DNA of 38,404 nucleotides, from assembly GCF_004010195.1 (NCBI RefSeq), contig NC_057726.1, positions 61,793,835 through 61,832,238 of the forward strand, given 5' to 3'. This DNA is from Chiloscyllium plagiosum. Taxonomy: Eukaryota. Below the pieces are notes generated by a model that made no database searches, was not told the DNA's origin, and saw nothing but the letters and a program-made list of their open reading frames with translations. Shown one piece after another: positions 23,362 to 36,589 of the stretch. The position numbers and the translations under genes are program-made. Position 1 is the first letter of the stretch; each line of letters begins with the position of its first letter.

Positions 23362-23698
23362 AGCAACACCAGCCATACCTGAAACTGAGGCATTAACCTG
23401 GCGAATCTACCAAACAGGACTACCTGCATGCTAAATAACAAGAGGATGAAGTGATAGATAGAATGGAGCTATTCCATAACCAGCAGATCAGATTTGAGCT
23501 CTACAGTCCTGCTACATTCAGGCTTGAATGGTGGTAGACAGTTACAGAATTCACTGGTGGATGAGGACATGGCGCAAGTATCCCCATCCTTACATTTGGA
23601 AGATCCCAACGCACCAGTGCAAAAGATAAGACTGAAGTACTCATAGCAATCCTCAGCCAGAAGTGCTGAGTGGATGATTAATCTCAGTCTCCTGCTAT

Positions 23699-24000
23699 TT
23701 AGATTAGATTAGATTACATTACAGTGTGGAAACAGGCCCTTCGGCCCAACAAGTCCACACCGACCCGCAGAAGCGCAACCCATCCATACCCCTATATTTA
23801 CCCCTTACCTAACACTACGGGCAATTTAGTATGGCCAATTCACCTGACCTGCACATCTTTGGACTGTGGAAGGAAACCAGAGCACCCAGAGGAAACCCAC
23901 GCAGACACGGGGAGAACATGCAAACTCCACACAGTCAGTCGCCTGAGGCGGGAATTGAACCCGGGTCTCTGGCGCTGTGAGGCAGCAGTGCTAACCACTA
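23699..24000 (-). mobile_element. tRNA-derived V-SINE (HE1-like), well preserved copy
   Basis: The minus strand has GTGGTTAGCACTGCTGCCTCACAGCGCC, B box GGTTCAATTCC, the V domain, and an (AATCT)n tail. Confidence 0.9.
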
Positions 24001-24300
24001 TGGTCTCCAAAATCACAGACATTAGTCTTCAGCCAATTTGATTCGCTCCATACAATATCAAGATAATTTTCAGAGCCACCAGATACTGCAAAGTCTATGG
24101 GCACTGGCAACATTCGAGCCGTATTATTGAAAACTTGTGTTCTAGAACTTGGTGCTCCCCCAGCCAAGCACTTCCAATACAGCTGCAAAACTGGCATCAA
24201 CTTGAAAATGTGGAACAGTGCCCAGCTATGCGTATACCCAAAACCTGGACAAATTCACCCAGCCAATTACTGTTCCAACAGTCGACTCTCAATCGTTATT

Positions 24301-24444
24301 AAAATCACACAACACCAGGTTTTAGTCCAACAGGTTTATTTGGAAGCACGAGCTTTCGGAGTACTGCTCCTTCACCCCATGGTTGTGACAACCACCTGAC
24401 GAAAGACCAGCATTCCAAAAGCTAGTGCTTCCAAATAAACCTAT
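24301..24444. mobile_element. Left part of a palindromic Penelope-type insertion; the right part is at 29554-29633
   Basis: Same family as 5134-5355. The second arm breaks at AAACCTAT and resumes as ACCTATTGGACTACAAC at 29554. Outer direct repeat CTCAATC(G/A)TTATTAAA at 24288-24303 and 29634-29649. Confidence 0.85.
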
Positions 24445-26091
24445 AAGACCATCTGCCAATAAGAAATAGGAGTGGATGTAAGGCCATTTGGCCCAACGAG
24501 TTCACTCAACCATTTAATCATGGCTGATGGGCATTTCAACTCCACTTACTCACACTTGCCCCATTTCCCTTAATTCCTTGCGTGATTAAGAAGTTATCAA
24601 TCTCTGCCTTGAAGGCATTTAACATTCTGGCCTCCACTACGCTCCACGCCAATGAATTCCACAGGCCCACCACTCTCTGGCTGAAGAAATGTCTCCTCAT
24701 TTCCTTTCTAAATTGACCCCCCTTCCAATTCTAAGACTGTGCCCACAGGTCCTAGTCTCCCCGCCTAACAGAAACAAATTCCCAGCGTCCACCCTTTCTA
24801 AGCCATGTATTATCTTGTAAGTTTCTATTAGATCTCCCCTCAACTTTCTAAACTGTAATGAATACAATCCCGGGATCCTCAGCCATTCATCGTATGTTAG
24901 GCTTACCATTCCAGGGATCATCTGTGTGAATCTCCGCTGAACATGCTCCAGTGTCAATACGTCCTTCCTGAGGTGTGGGGCTCAAAATTAGACACAGTAT
25001 TCTAAATGGGGCCGAACCAAAGCTTTACAAAGTCTCAGAAGCACATCGCTATTTTTATATTCCAACTCTCTTGAGATAAATGAGGACAATACATTTGCTT
25101 TCTTAACCATGGACTCAATCTGCAAGTCAACCTTTAGAGAATTCTGGACTAGCACTCCCAGATCCCTTTGTAGGTTGGCTTTATGAATTTTCTCACCATT
25201 TAGAAAATAGTCCATGCCTGTCATCTTTTTACCAAAGTGCCAGACCTCGCATTTACGTATGTTGAATTTCATCGGCCATTTGTTGGATCACTCTCCTAAA
25301 CTGTCCCAATCTTTCTCTAGCCTGCACACCTCTTCGGTACTACCTGTCTGTCCTCCTAACTTTGTATCATTGGCGAAAGTCGACAGAATGCCCCCAGTCC
25401 CTTCATCCAGATCATTTGTGTATAATGTGAACAGCTGGAGCCCCAACACTCAACCCTGTGGGACACCACTTGTCACCAACTGCCATTCCAAAAAATAAAC
25501 CTTTTATGACAACTCTATACCTTCTGTCAGACAGCCAATCCTCAATCCATGCCAGGAGTTCACCTCGAACACCATGGGCCCTCACCTTACTCAGCCTCCT
25601 CCCATAGGGCACATTAGCAAAGGCCTTATGGAAGTCTAGATAGATAACATCCACTGGGTTTCCCTGGTCTAACCTACTTGCTTCCTCTTCAATTAATTCT
25701 AACAGGTTTGTCAGGCACGACCTCCCTTTACTAAATCCTTTACTGATTTGTTCTAATCCGACCCTGCACTTAACGATGGATTCCAGAATTTTACCTACAA
25801 CCTATGTTAAGCTAATCAGTCTATAATTTTCCATCTTTTGTCTTGATCCTTTCTTGAACAAGGGGGTTACAAAAGTGATTTTTGAATCATCTGGGACTTT
25901 CCCTGACTCCAGTGATTTTTGAAAGATCACAACCAACGCCTCTGCTATTTCCTCTGTCACCTCCCTCAGAACACTAGGATGTAGCCCATTGGACCAGGGG
26001 ATTCATCAATTTTTAGACCTTGCACCTTTTCTAGCACATTCTCTTTTGTAATGGCTACCATATTCAACTCTGTCAACAACATCCTTAATTG

Positions 26092-26375
26092 ATGAGATTA
26101 CCTACAGTGTGGAAACTGGCCCTTCGGCCCAACACGTTCACACCAACTCTTCGAAGAGCAACCCACCCAGACTCATTTTCCTCTGGCAAATGCACCTAAC
26201 ACTTTGGGTAATTTAGTATGGCCAATTCACCTGACCTACACATCTTTCGACTATGGGAGGAAATCAACGCAGACTTGAGGGAGAATGTGCAAACGCCGCA
26301 CAGACATAGGCTGGAATCGAACCTGGGACCCTGGCGCTGTGAGGCAGCAGTGCTAACCACTGAGCCACCGTGACC
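26092..26375 (-). mobile_element. tRNA-derived V-SINE (HE1-like) nested in CR1
   Basis: CACGGTGGCTCAGTGGTTAGCACTGCTGCC...GGTTCGATTCC on the minus strand. Confidence 0.87.
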
Positions 26376-28019
26376 CCCCCCCCCCCCCCCCAATGGTTTG
26401 GATAATACTCATGTCTTCCATGGTGAAGACTGCCACAAAGTACTTATTAAGTTCTTCAACTATTTCCTTATCTCCATGTACTGTCCCTCCTGCATCAATT
26501 TGAAGCAGCCCAATTTTGAATTTTTCCCCTCGTTTGTTTCTTATGTATTGAAAGAAACTTTAACTATCATTTCTAATAATACTGGCAAGCTTACATTCAT
26601 ATTTGATCCTCTCCTTCCTTATTTTTCTCTTTGTCATCCTCTGTTTGTTTTTGTAGTCTTCCCAATCTTCTGATTTCCCAGTGCTCTTGGCCACTTTATA
26701 GGCTCTCTCTTTTACTTGGATACATTTCCTGACTTCCTTTGTCAGCCATGGCTGTCTAATCCGACCCCACCACCCCACCCCCGGATAATCTTTCTTTTGT
26801 TTAAGATGAACCTCTGCATTGTGTCCTCAATTACATCCCAGAAACTCCTGCCGTTTTTGCTCTACTGTCTTCCCCACTAGGCTCTGCTTCCAGTCAACTT
26901 GTGTCAGTTCCTCTCTTATGCCTCTGTAAATATTTTTATTTAACTGTATCACCGTTACATCCAAACTTGCCTTCTCTCTTTCCAACTGCAGACTGAACTC
27001 TACCATATTATGATCGCTGCCTACTAACTGTTCCCTTCCCTTAAGATCTTTTATAAAGTCTGGCTCATTACATAGCACTAAGTCCAGAATAGCCTGCTCC
27101 ATGTGAGCTCCATCACAAGCTGTTCTAAAAAGCAATCCTTGTAAGCATTCCATGTATTTCCTTTCTTTGGTTCCACTGGCAACATTATTTGCCCAGTTCA
27201 TTTTCATATTGAAGTTCCCCATGATCACTGTGACCTTGCCTTTCTGAGATGCCCTATATATTTCCTGGTATAGCTTGCACCCCTGGTCCTGACCACTGCT
27301 GGAAGGTCTGCACATCCCTTCCTTTGTGGTTCCTCAACTCCACCCACACAGACCGATATCATTCAGTGCCATAGATTTAATTCAATTCTTAACAAGGCAA
27401 CCCCGCCCCCTCTGCCCACCTCTCTGTCTTTTCGATAAGTTGTAAATCCTGGTTGAACTTAACACCCTGCAAAAACGTCTTTGTGATGCCTATCACTTCA
27501 TAATCATTCACGATGATTTGTGCCATCAATTCATTCTACTTTGTTACAAATACTACGAGCATTCAGGTAAAGTGCCTTAATGTTAATTTTCTTATCTTCA
27601 TGATTTCCAACATCTCTCGTAATATGTCCTAAGTTATCTTTCCTTTGTGCTTCATTCCTAGTCTGCCTTGAACTTAAACCCTGCATGCATACCAACCTGC
27701 TGCTTATGTTTCTGCTTGACTATATATTCTCTTGCTTTCCCTTTCCCTTCCCCCTGACTCACAACTTTAATGTCCGAATGACCACCCTATTTATCATTTT
27801 CACCAGAACACTGGTTCCAGATCAGTTAAAATGGAGACCGCTGCATTGTAACAGATGGTCCCGGTTCCACAACTGATGTCAATGTCCCATAAAATGTTAA
27901 TAAATACTAAATGTTAATATGATGTGGTACGCATCACAAAGACGTATTTGCAGGGGGTTCAGGACTGGCAGTTAAACCTCCAAGGATTTACAAATTATCA
28001 TTAATATTAATATTAAAAA

Positions 28020-28950
28020 CAATATTAGCACATTTGCTGATGACACAAAGCTGGGTGGCAGGGTAAAATGTCAGGAGGATTTTATGGGAATACAGGGTGA
28101 CTTGAACAGGTTAAGTGAGTGGACAGATGCATGGCAGATGCAGTTTAATGTGGATAAATGTGGATAAATGTGTAGTTATCCTCTTTGGGGGCAAGAACAG
28201 GAAGGCAGATTACTATCTAAATGGAGGCAAGTCAGGTAAAGGGGAAGTAAAACGAGATCTAGGTATTCTTGTACACCAGTCAATGAAAGCAAGCATGGAG
28301 AGATAGCAGGCAGTGAAGAAAGCTAATGGCATGCTGACCTTCATTATAAGAGGAATTGAGTATAGGAGCAAAGAGGTCCCTCTACAGCTGTACAGGGCCC
28401 TGGTGAGACTGCACTTGGAGTATTGTGTGCAGTTTTGGTCTCCAAATTTGAGGAGGAGGGAGTGCGGCGTAGGTTCACCAGGTCAATTCCCAGAATGGCG
28501 GGACTATCACATGTTGAAAGCTTGGACTGACTGGGCTTGGAGACACTTGAGTTTAGAAAGATGAGAGGGGATCTGATTGAGACGTATAAGATTATTGAAA
28601 GATTGAACACTCTGGAGGCAGGAAGCATGTTTCTGCTGATGGGTGAGTCCAGAACCAGAGGACACAGTTTTAAAATAAGGGGTAGGCCATTTAGAACAGA
28701 GTTGAGAAGAAACTTCTTCACCCAGATAATGGTGGATATATGGAATGCTCTGCCCCAGAAGGCAGTGGAGGCCAAGTCTCTGGATACTTTCAAAAAAGAG
28801 ATGGTTAGAGCTATTAAAGATAGTGGAATCAAGGGTTATGGGGATAAGGCAGGAACAGGATACTGATTGTGGATGATCAGCCATGACCATAATGAATGCT
28901 TGAAGGGCTGAAATGCTTACTCCTGCACCTATTGTCTATTGTCTACTGTC
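28020..28950 (+). mobile_element. 5'-truncated CR1 nested antisense in the larger CR1
   Basis: FADDTKLGG, LVRLHLEYCVQFWSP, RGDLIETYKI, RTRGHSFK, RRNFFTQ, and a (CTATTGT)n tail. Confidence 0.93.
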
Positions 28951-31900
28951 CGTTTAAATGGAATCTCTCTATCCCACACGAATCTCTTAGCCACGTGTTT
29001 ACTTCCCTAATTTTCTTATACCTATGCCAATTAGCATGTGGCTTGGGCAATAATCCAGAGATTATGACTCTCGAGAACCTGTTCCTCAATTTCCTTCCTA
29101 GAGCTTGATACTCCCCAAACAGGTCCTCCTTCCTAGCCTTGCCTATTTTATTAGTGCCAACATGGACCACAACAACTGGATCTTCCCCCTCCAGTCCAAT
29201 ATCTTTTGAAGCCGGTCCGAGATGTCCTGCAACCTGGCACAGGGCAGGCAACACACTATGTGGGACTCCCAATCCGGCTCTCAAAGGATACATCCCCTAT
29301 AATAATGTCTTTTAACCCTCCCCCCCCCCTTTTGAATGGCCTTCTGCACCATGGTGCCGTGGTCAGCTGGTTCATCCTTTCCACAGCTTTTTCTCATCCA
29401 TACAGGGAGCAAAAGTCTCATACTGTTTGGCAAGGTGAAGGTCTGAGGCTCCTCCACTCCTGAACTCAGAATCCTCCTACCTGTCTCACATACAGGCACA
29501 CCCTGTTGTTACTGATCACTAACAGAATTTGAATTACCTAATCTACCGGTTGGACCTATTGGACTACAACACGGTGTTGTGTGATTTTTAACTTTGTATA
29601 CCCCAGTCCAATACTGGTACCTCCAAATCATGACTCAATCATTATTAAAGTGATGGAAGGTGCCATCAGCAGTACTAACTACTATCATCTGATCATTACA
29701 GCCTGCTCACTGCCGCTCAGTATGGGTTCTGCCAGGCCCACTTAACTCCTGACCTCATTACAGCCATGGTCCGAACATGGACCAAAGAACTGTATTCGAA
29801 AAATGAGTTGAGAGTGACAGACCTTGGCAGCAAGGCCATATTCGACCAAGTGTGGCATCAAGAGTCCTCACAAAACTGGAATCAATGAATATCAGGGGGC
29901 AAACTCTCCGCTGGTTGGAGTCATACCTGGCACATATGAAGATGTTTGCATATGTTGGAGGTTAGTTATCTCAGCTCCAGAGCATCTCTGCAGGAATTGT
30001 TCAATGTAGTGTCGAAATCTAAACACCTTCAGCTGCTTCATCAATGGCTTTCATTCCACCATAAGGCCTGTACTGGGGTTATTCATCAATGTTTTCATAA
30101 GGTTCCACAACATTTACGACTCTTCAGGCACTGAAGTAGTCCATGTTCAAATGCAACAAGATGTGGACACTATTCAGACTCAGGCTGATAAATGCAGGTA
30201 ACATTCTCACCACAGAAAAACAAAGCAATGACCACATCAAATAACAGACAACCACTTCTCTTGACATTTGCTGGTGTTACCATCACTGAATCTCCACAAT
30301 TAATACCCTGGGGTTATCATTAACCAGACATTCAACTGGATTCACCACAAAAAATGATTACAACAGCTGGATAGACGCTCAGAATACATCAGCGAATAAC
30401 TCAGCTCCTGACACCCCAAAATCTGCTCACCATTTGCAAGGCACAAGTCATAAGTGTGATGGAATATTCCTCAATTTACCTGGAGATCTATAGCTCAAAC
30501 AGTTCTGAAGATGCTTGATATCATCCATGAAATTTTCACCCATTTAATGGGCAACACTTCCACAAACACTTACTCACGCAATTGTACCAACGATCATTGG
30601 CAACATCCACTGCATCTCTGCTGTAGAGGATGCACTGCAGAAATGCAACAAAGATCTTTCGCACATTTCAAACCCTCGACCATGCCATCTGGAATGGCAA
30701 ATGCAGCAGATACGAGGGAACACATGTAAGTCGCACTCCAAGCCACTCACCATCCTAACCTGGAGATATATCACCATTCCTTCATTGTTGTTCGGTCAAA
30801 ATCAGAGAATTCCCTCCCTAAGGGCATTGTGCGTCATCATACAGCACGTGGACTGCAGCAGTGCAAGAAGACAGTGCATCACAATCTTCTCAAGAGCAGT
30901 TAGGGGCGGGCAATAAATGCTGACTAGCAGTGTCACTCGCGTTGTATGTCCCACGAGTTATTAAAAAAAGTCTCATGTTCACAATTTTTTTTCTCTGAAT
31001 TCTGCCTTTCAGCTTCTCATATAATAGGTATCGTTCACATGTCACGAAGAGCTCTTCTGGTGTTTTCACCAATATAGTTAAAAAATGATATTTCCAGATT
31101 ATCTAATTGTTGTGCATGTCATTCATATGATTGCTGCTTGTCTTTTATTTCAAGAGCGTTGCATGTGCATGCAAGTCATTTCTCTTATCTACTGCTGGTA
31201 ATAATATTTTGCAATGAACAAATCTGTTTCCTTCCAGTTTTGTCTCTGTCACAAGCAGAGATATTTCAAAAGTGAACGAATGAAATGCAATGTAAAAGTA
31301 AAATTTACTTATTTTACCAAGGTGATATACCTGACGTGTGAAATTGATTGGAATTTAGCACTTCCCATGGACACTTGCAAGTTACAGAACTCAATGCACA
31401 TGAAGCACATTATTATGAAGGGATAGTCGCAAGGCCACTGTATTAAGCTGTATTTTTTTCTCACAAAAGTCCTCATTTCCTAATGTAAATCCAGAGCCAG
31501 GATTTGGTGGAATTCAGAACAATGAGTGAGAGTTTTACAGCTGATTCTCAATAGCCCGGAGGTCTAACATCACAACACTTGACATAACAATTCCAGGTCT
31601 TTGGCAACCACCAGAATCCTTGGGTACATTAATAACTCATGTTTGTCTGTTTCTCTTTGCACAAAATAACTGTGTAAGTGAAGATGACAGACAAGAGCCA
31701 AATAACAGGATACCGTGTCATGTTGCTTTTGTGTTGCTCAGTAGTCAGGGCAGTGATGTAGTTATAGATGATATACTATACCAATGACTTCTTGTGAAAT
31801 TCAAAACACTGCATGAAACATGTTTAGCACAATAACTCATCGTATTGATTGTGTCCAGGCTCGAACTCAGCCCTCAACCAACCTCACTGAAGCATGTTAT

Positions 31901-31972
31901 CTGTTTATTATAATGTTTCCGTCTGTGCAGCGTGAGTACCATGTTTCCAACACGACGTGACAACATGACAAA

Positions 31973-32965
31973 TGTAGACAATGTCAAACATGTCAAATTG
32001 TCTACAAGCATTTTGATAGCTCAATGGCCGCAAAATGCGTTGCACAAAATCAATGGGTTAATATACAGTGCTCTTTCCTATCACAACAGGAGCATTCCTT
32101 TGGAATGTGCAAATTAAAATATTCGACACATTAATCTCATTGAGAAATTTCGAACCATCATGTTATTCCCCATTAAAACTGAATATAACTGTCATTTTTC
32201 TAAACGTTTCTTGGTTTGATGCCACTTAATAAAAAGAGTGATTTCCATGCCTAGATGTGGTCAATTAAGCAGTAATTACTTCCGAAAGAAAACCATAAAT
32301 GATTCTCTAAAGATGTTTCCACAGAAAATACAAACGACTTTTCTCTTAAGTGAGTTGGACTTAACATTGGCAGTAGGTAATTCACCTGGTTAGCTTAATT
32401 GGAGGGATGGTTAATGTATATTTGAACTAATTACTAAGTATTGGGTTTTGATTTCCGTTTTGCCGTAAGTAGACAAGGCACCTGACGTCAAATTGTCTAT
32501 TGAGCACTTTGGTAGATCACGTGTCCGCAAAAGGCGCTGCACAAAATCAATGTATAATGAATGTACAACGCTATTTCCTACCACAACAGGAGCATTCGTT
32601 TGGAGGGTGCAATCTGAAATATTCGATACACTAAGCTCACTGAGAAATGTTTGAGCCATAATGTTAATTCTCCATTTAAACTGGATATAACTGCCATTTT
32701 TCTAAATGTTTCCTGGCTCCGTCTAATTTAAGAAAGAAAGTGATTTAGTTCTCTGGATATAGTCAATTGCGCAGTCATTACTTCGAAAGAAAAACATAAA
32801 TGATTCTCTAATGGATGTTCTTACAGAAAGTAAAAGATGTTTTCCCCTAAAATTAGTTATGTTTAACATTGTTATTAGGTATTTCATCTGTTTAGCTTAA
32901 TTGGAGAAATGACTAATTCGTATTTGAACTAATTACCAATCAGGTTGATTTCCATTCTGCCTTTA
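31973..32965. repeat. Diverged tandem duplication, two units of about 497 bp
   Basis: CCGCAAAA at 32028 and 32525. Shared blocks such as CACAACAGGAGCATTC, CATAAATGATTCTCTAA and TTAGCTTAATTGGAG are collinear throughout. Confidence 0.92.
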
Positions 32966-34554
32966 CTAGACTTGGAACCAGACTTCTGTTCCTATAAATG
33001 GAAGTGTAAGGCAATGTGAAACGTCTCTGACAAGCTCTGCCAGGAAACGCGTAGAATGAAGCAGCAGCGGTTATTAAACTAAGGACAAACTCAGAATGAC
33101 TCCGATGATTGAGCTGATATCAGAGTAAAAGCTTCCCATATTGCATTTCAGAATCAGCACGTTGACGAATCGCTAAACATAGAGATTGCAAAACTATTGT
33201 AGAAACGTATGGTTGGTGGGTGCGAAATTACAAATAAATTTCTTAAATTATACTTCTTCCGAACGTCAATAAAGGTAACGTGAGCGCGGTGTTAACTAGC
33301 AGACCCTGAGATGCACGCAGCGTCTGACCACACGTATTTCTATTATGGTATTGATCGCGACGTTCTGTTCTCCAAGCGAATGCAATGTTTACCTAAATGA
33401 GAAAAAGCAAGCAAGAAGTTGTGATCTATTTTTGTCTTTAAGTTGCAAGTGTTCCTACTTGAGCGCCAACAATCCTGTAATAGAACAAAAATGCCTAAAA
33501 TGAATTCCTCTGCAGTCAAAACGTTTAATCAGAATGTAATAAATGGTAAATGTGAAGAATTTAAAAGGATAAAGACGAATTGAGCCGAGAAAAACAAAGC
33601 AAAAGAGAGACAGCTCTCCACACGCACACTCACATATGTAACAGTAAAATATTTATGGAACGTATCTGTAAAGTATTACCAGACACTTCACAGGGAATAT
33701 TATCAATTTCTTTTACCACTGAGCAACACTAGAGACTGAAGCTTGATTAAATAGCAAGCTTTAAAAGAAGACACAGGCAGCGATTGTTTCTTATTGAATT
33801 CCAGAGCTTTGGAAATATATAACTCATAACATATCCATTAATGATAAAAATTAGAGATGGCAAAGAGATCAGAATTATAGCAAGGACAAGGTGACAGAGG
33901 GAATTGAAACTCGAGATGAGAATTTTAAAATAAAGACATTGCTAGGCCAGGAATCAAGGTAGATAATCGAACAAAGAGATGATGTTTGGGTAGGAATTCA
34001 CAGGATTTACTGGCGCACCTACACAGACATACATAATATACAGGAGCACACATAGGCAGTCATACACACATTCATATAGGGTATAAGTACACAAACATTT
34101 TAATGCATACAGTTATAAATACCTACATATGCAGAGCAGACCAAATACAGTAAATTGGTAGTGGAATTGAAGTTGAAAATAATACTAACGCCGAGAGTAT
34201 AAGAATTGATTGGATATTGTGATAAAACAGAGCTGAAAAGTCTTCTACTGGCATTTAATTAGTATACAATTGGCAAAAAGAATTTTGGTAGTTATTGGTG
34301 AAAAACACCAAATTATACTCAGAGGCACAATGCAAAGCCAGATAATGTGATGAATGTTTTGGCTGATGTTGACCAAAGCAGATGATGTCAACCAACAATA
34401 TATAGAAGTAGGGAGGGTAGAATGGATAAACATTGTAAAAATGTCTGGCCATGATGTATAGGGAATGCTGCTTGAACTAAGGTTGGTTGAGACGGGATGT
34501 TTCCTGGAACGCAATTGAAAGTGAGGGCGGACATAACTGGGAGATTACCATAAT

Positions 34555-35950
34555 AAGACCGTAATACCATAAGACTGATGAGCAGAAATTAGGTCATTTC
34601 ACTCATCGAGTCTGCTCCGCCATTCAATCATGATTGATATGTTTTTCAACCTCATTCTCCTGCTTTCTTCTTGTAACCCTTGATCCCTTTGACAATGAAG
34701 TATCTATCTATCTCTGCTCTAAATATACTCAATGACCTAGCCTCCACAATCTTCTATGGCAATGAATTCCATAGATTCACCACTCTCTGGCTAAAGAAAT
34801 TTCTCCTGGTCACCATTTTAAAGGGTCTTCCCTTTACTTTAAGGCTGTGCCCCACGTCGGAGTTTCTCCTGCCAATGAAAACATCTTCTGAGCATCCACT
34901 CTGTCCAGGCCACTCAGTATTCTGCAAGTATAAATTAGATCTGACTTCATCCTTTGAAACTCCAGCGAGTACAGTCCCAGAGTCCTCTAATGTTCATCAT
35001 AAGTTAAACCTTTATTCCCTGGAACCATTACTGTGAAGCTCCTCTGGACCCACTCCAGGAGCAGCACATCCTTCCTGAGGTATGGGCCCCCGAATTGATT
35101 ACAATACTCATAGTGTGGTCTGACAAGACCCTTATAAAGCCTCAGAAGTTCATCCTTGCTTTTCTATTCTAATCCTCATTTTATTTGCCTTAACTCTAAA
35201 TTTACCTTAAGAGGATCCTGGACTAAAAGCCCTAAGTACCTTTGAATTTCAGATTTCAGAAGTTTCGACTCATTAGAAAATAGTCTATGCCTCTATTCTT
35301 CCTACCAAAATGCATAATCTCATATTTTCCCACATTGCATTCTATTTGCCACTTCTTTGCTCACTCTCCTAGCAATCCTAAATCCTTCTGAAGCCTCCTG
35401 CCTCCTCAACACTACCTGTCTTTTCACGTATCATTGTCCTATATGTAAACTTAGACAGAATGCCATCAATTCCTTAATCTGGATCATTAATGCACAAAGC
35501 ACAAAGTTGTGGTCCCAACATTGACCCTTGTAGAACACCATTCATTACTGGCTGCTATCCTGAGAAGGACTCTTTTAACACCACTCTCTGCCTTATGTGA
35601 GACAATCTGCTCTCCATGATAGTTGCCTAGCCTTTAACATGATGGGCCCTTATTTTACTCAGCAGCCTCTTGTGTGCCACCTTGTCAAAGGCTTTCTGGA
35701 CGTCCAGGTAGATAACATCCACTGGCTCTCCTTGGTCAAACATGCTCATTATCTCCTCAAAGAAATCTAACAGAACTATCAACCATGATCTTCCAATGAT
35801 GAAACAATGTGACTTTGCCCTATTTTACCATGCACTTCCAAGTATTCAGAAATCTCATTCTTCACAATGGACTCCAAAATCTGATTAACAACTGATGTCA
35901 GGGTAACCGGCCTGTAATTTCCCATCTTTTGCCTTACTCCCTTCTTAATC
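34555..35950 (-). mobile_element. CR1 LINE 3' fragment
   Basis: Collinear with 24445-25860, for example CAATGAATTCCATAGATTCACCACTCTCTGGCT and GTCCAGGTAGATAACATCCAC (DVIYLD). Confidence 0.88.
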
Positions 35951-36284
35951 TTTCAATCCTTCCTCAGTGCAGAGGAAATACTTGAGAATTGAACAGCAAC
36001 AATGTTCACCTGAACCCACAATCCACACCCAGTGCCAGTTGCCACCACATGCATACTCTTAACATCTCTGTCCGTCAGCACCACCTCGCACTATCGAGTC
36101 CCCATTTCTTTATTTCATGCACAACTTTAATAGGAATCACTTTTTCTTGCTTTCAGGTGTTGAGGAACACAAGCTCCAAAAATTCACAAGTACCAGTGCC
36201 CTTCTGGATTCTGTCTCCTCCTCCTTCCCTCTGACTTCTTTAATTCCACAATTTGCCCTCTATTCACTATACCCGCTGGGTCAT

Positions 36285-36487
36285 TTACCTAAAGGGCTGC
36301 TTTGCAATGCAGAGTGACACCAAATGTGTGGGCTAAATTCCTGCACTGACTGAGGTCACCATAAAGGATTTTCCATCTCATCATCTGCCCTTGCCTGAAG
36401 TGTGGTGATACTCAGGCTGAAATTGCCACCATTCGCCGCTCTGTAATGAGAAAGCAGCTGGCAAGACTATGGTGACTTTTCTTTTAC
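36285..36487 (+). mobile_element. Probable second SINE family, degraded
   Basis: B-box-like GGGCTAAATTCC followed by a roughly 150 bp body and a T-rich tail. Recognised by resemblance only. Confidence 0.4.
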
Positions 36488-36589
36488 ACTCAGATACTGA
36501 CAATCAATGTTCAATGAAGAATTTAATTTCTCCCTTCATGCTCCAACTTCAATGTATTTCAGGCAGAACATGATGTTGAACTCTGGGAC

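Larger units (their letters stand above)
24445..29553 (-). mobile_element. Long degenerate CR1 LINE (ORF1 SGNH esterase; ORF2 endonuclease and RT)
   Basis: ORF1 DPVVVVHVGTN..VIISGLLP (28943-29293). Endonuclease VIMGNFN, ILDLVLCN, GSDH (26827-27315). RT DVIYLDFHKAF (25412-25654), RDLGVLV, LVRPHLEYC, LRGDLIETYKI. Flanking ACCTAT at 24439-24444 and 29554-29559. Confidence 0.93.
21765..30965 (+). mobile_element. Old non-LTR LINE ORF2 (endonuclease and RT) interrupted by nested insertions
   Basis: VDFNVDHQEWL and ILDFIL (endonuclease) near 21835-21980; QYGF and FDQVWH (RT) near 29720-29860; A-rich tail near 30960. The sequence resumes after each insertion. Confidence 0.75.

Noticed and set aside
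36140-36320. Strong plus-strand acceptor (ttttcttgctttcag) followed by open frames
   Set aside because: No donor or partner exons were found, no product is recognisable, and it is embedded among repeats.
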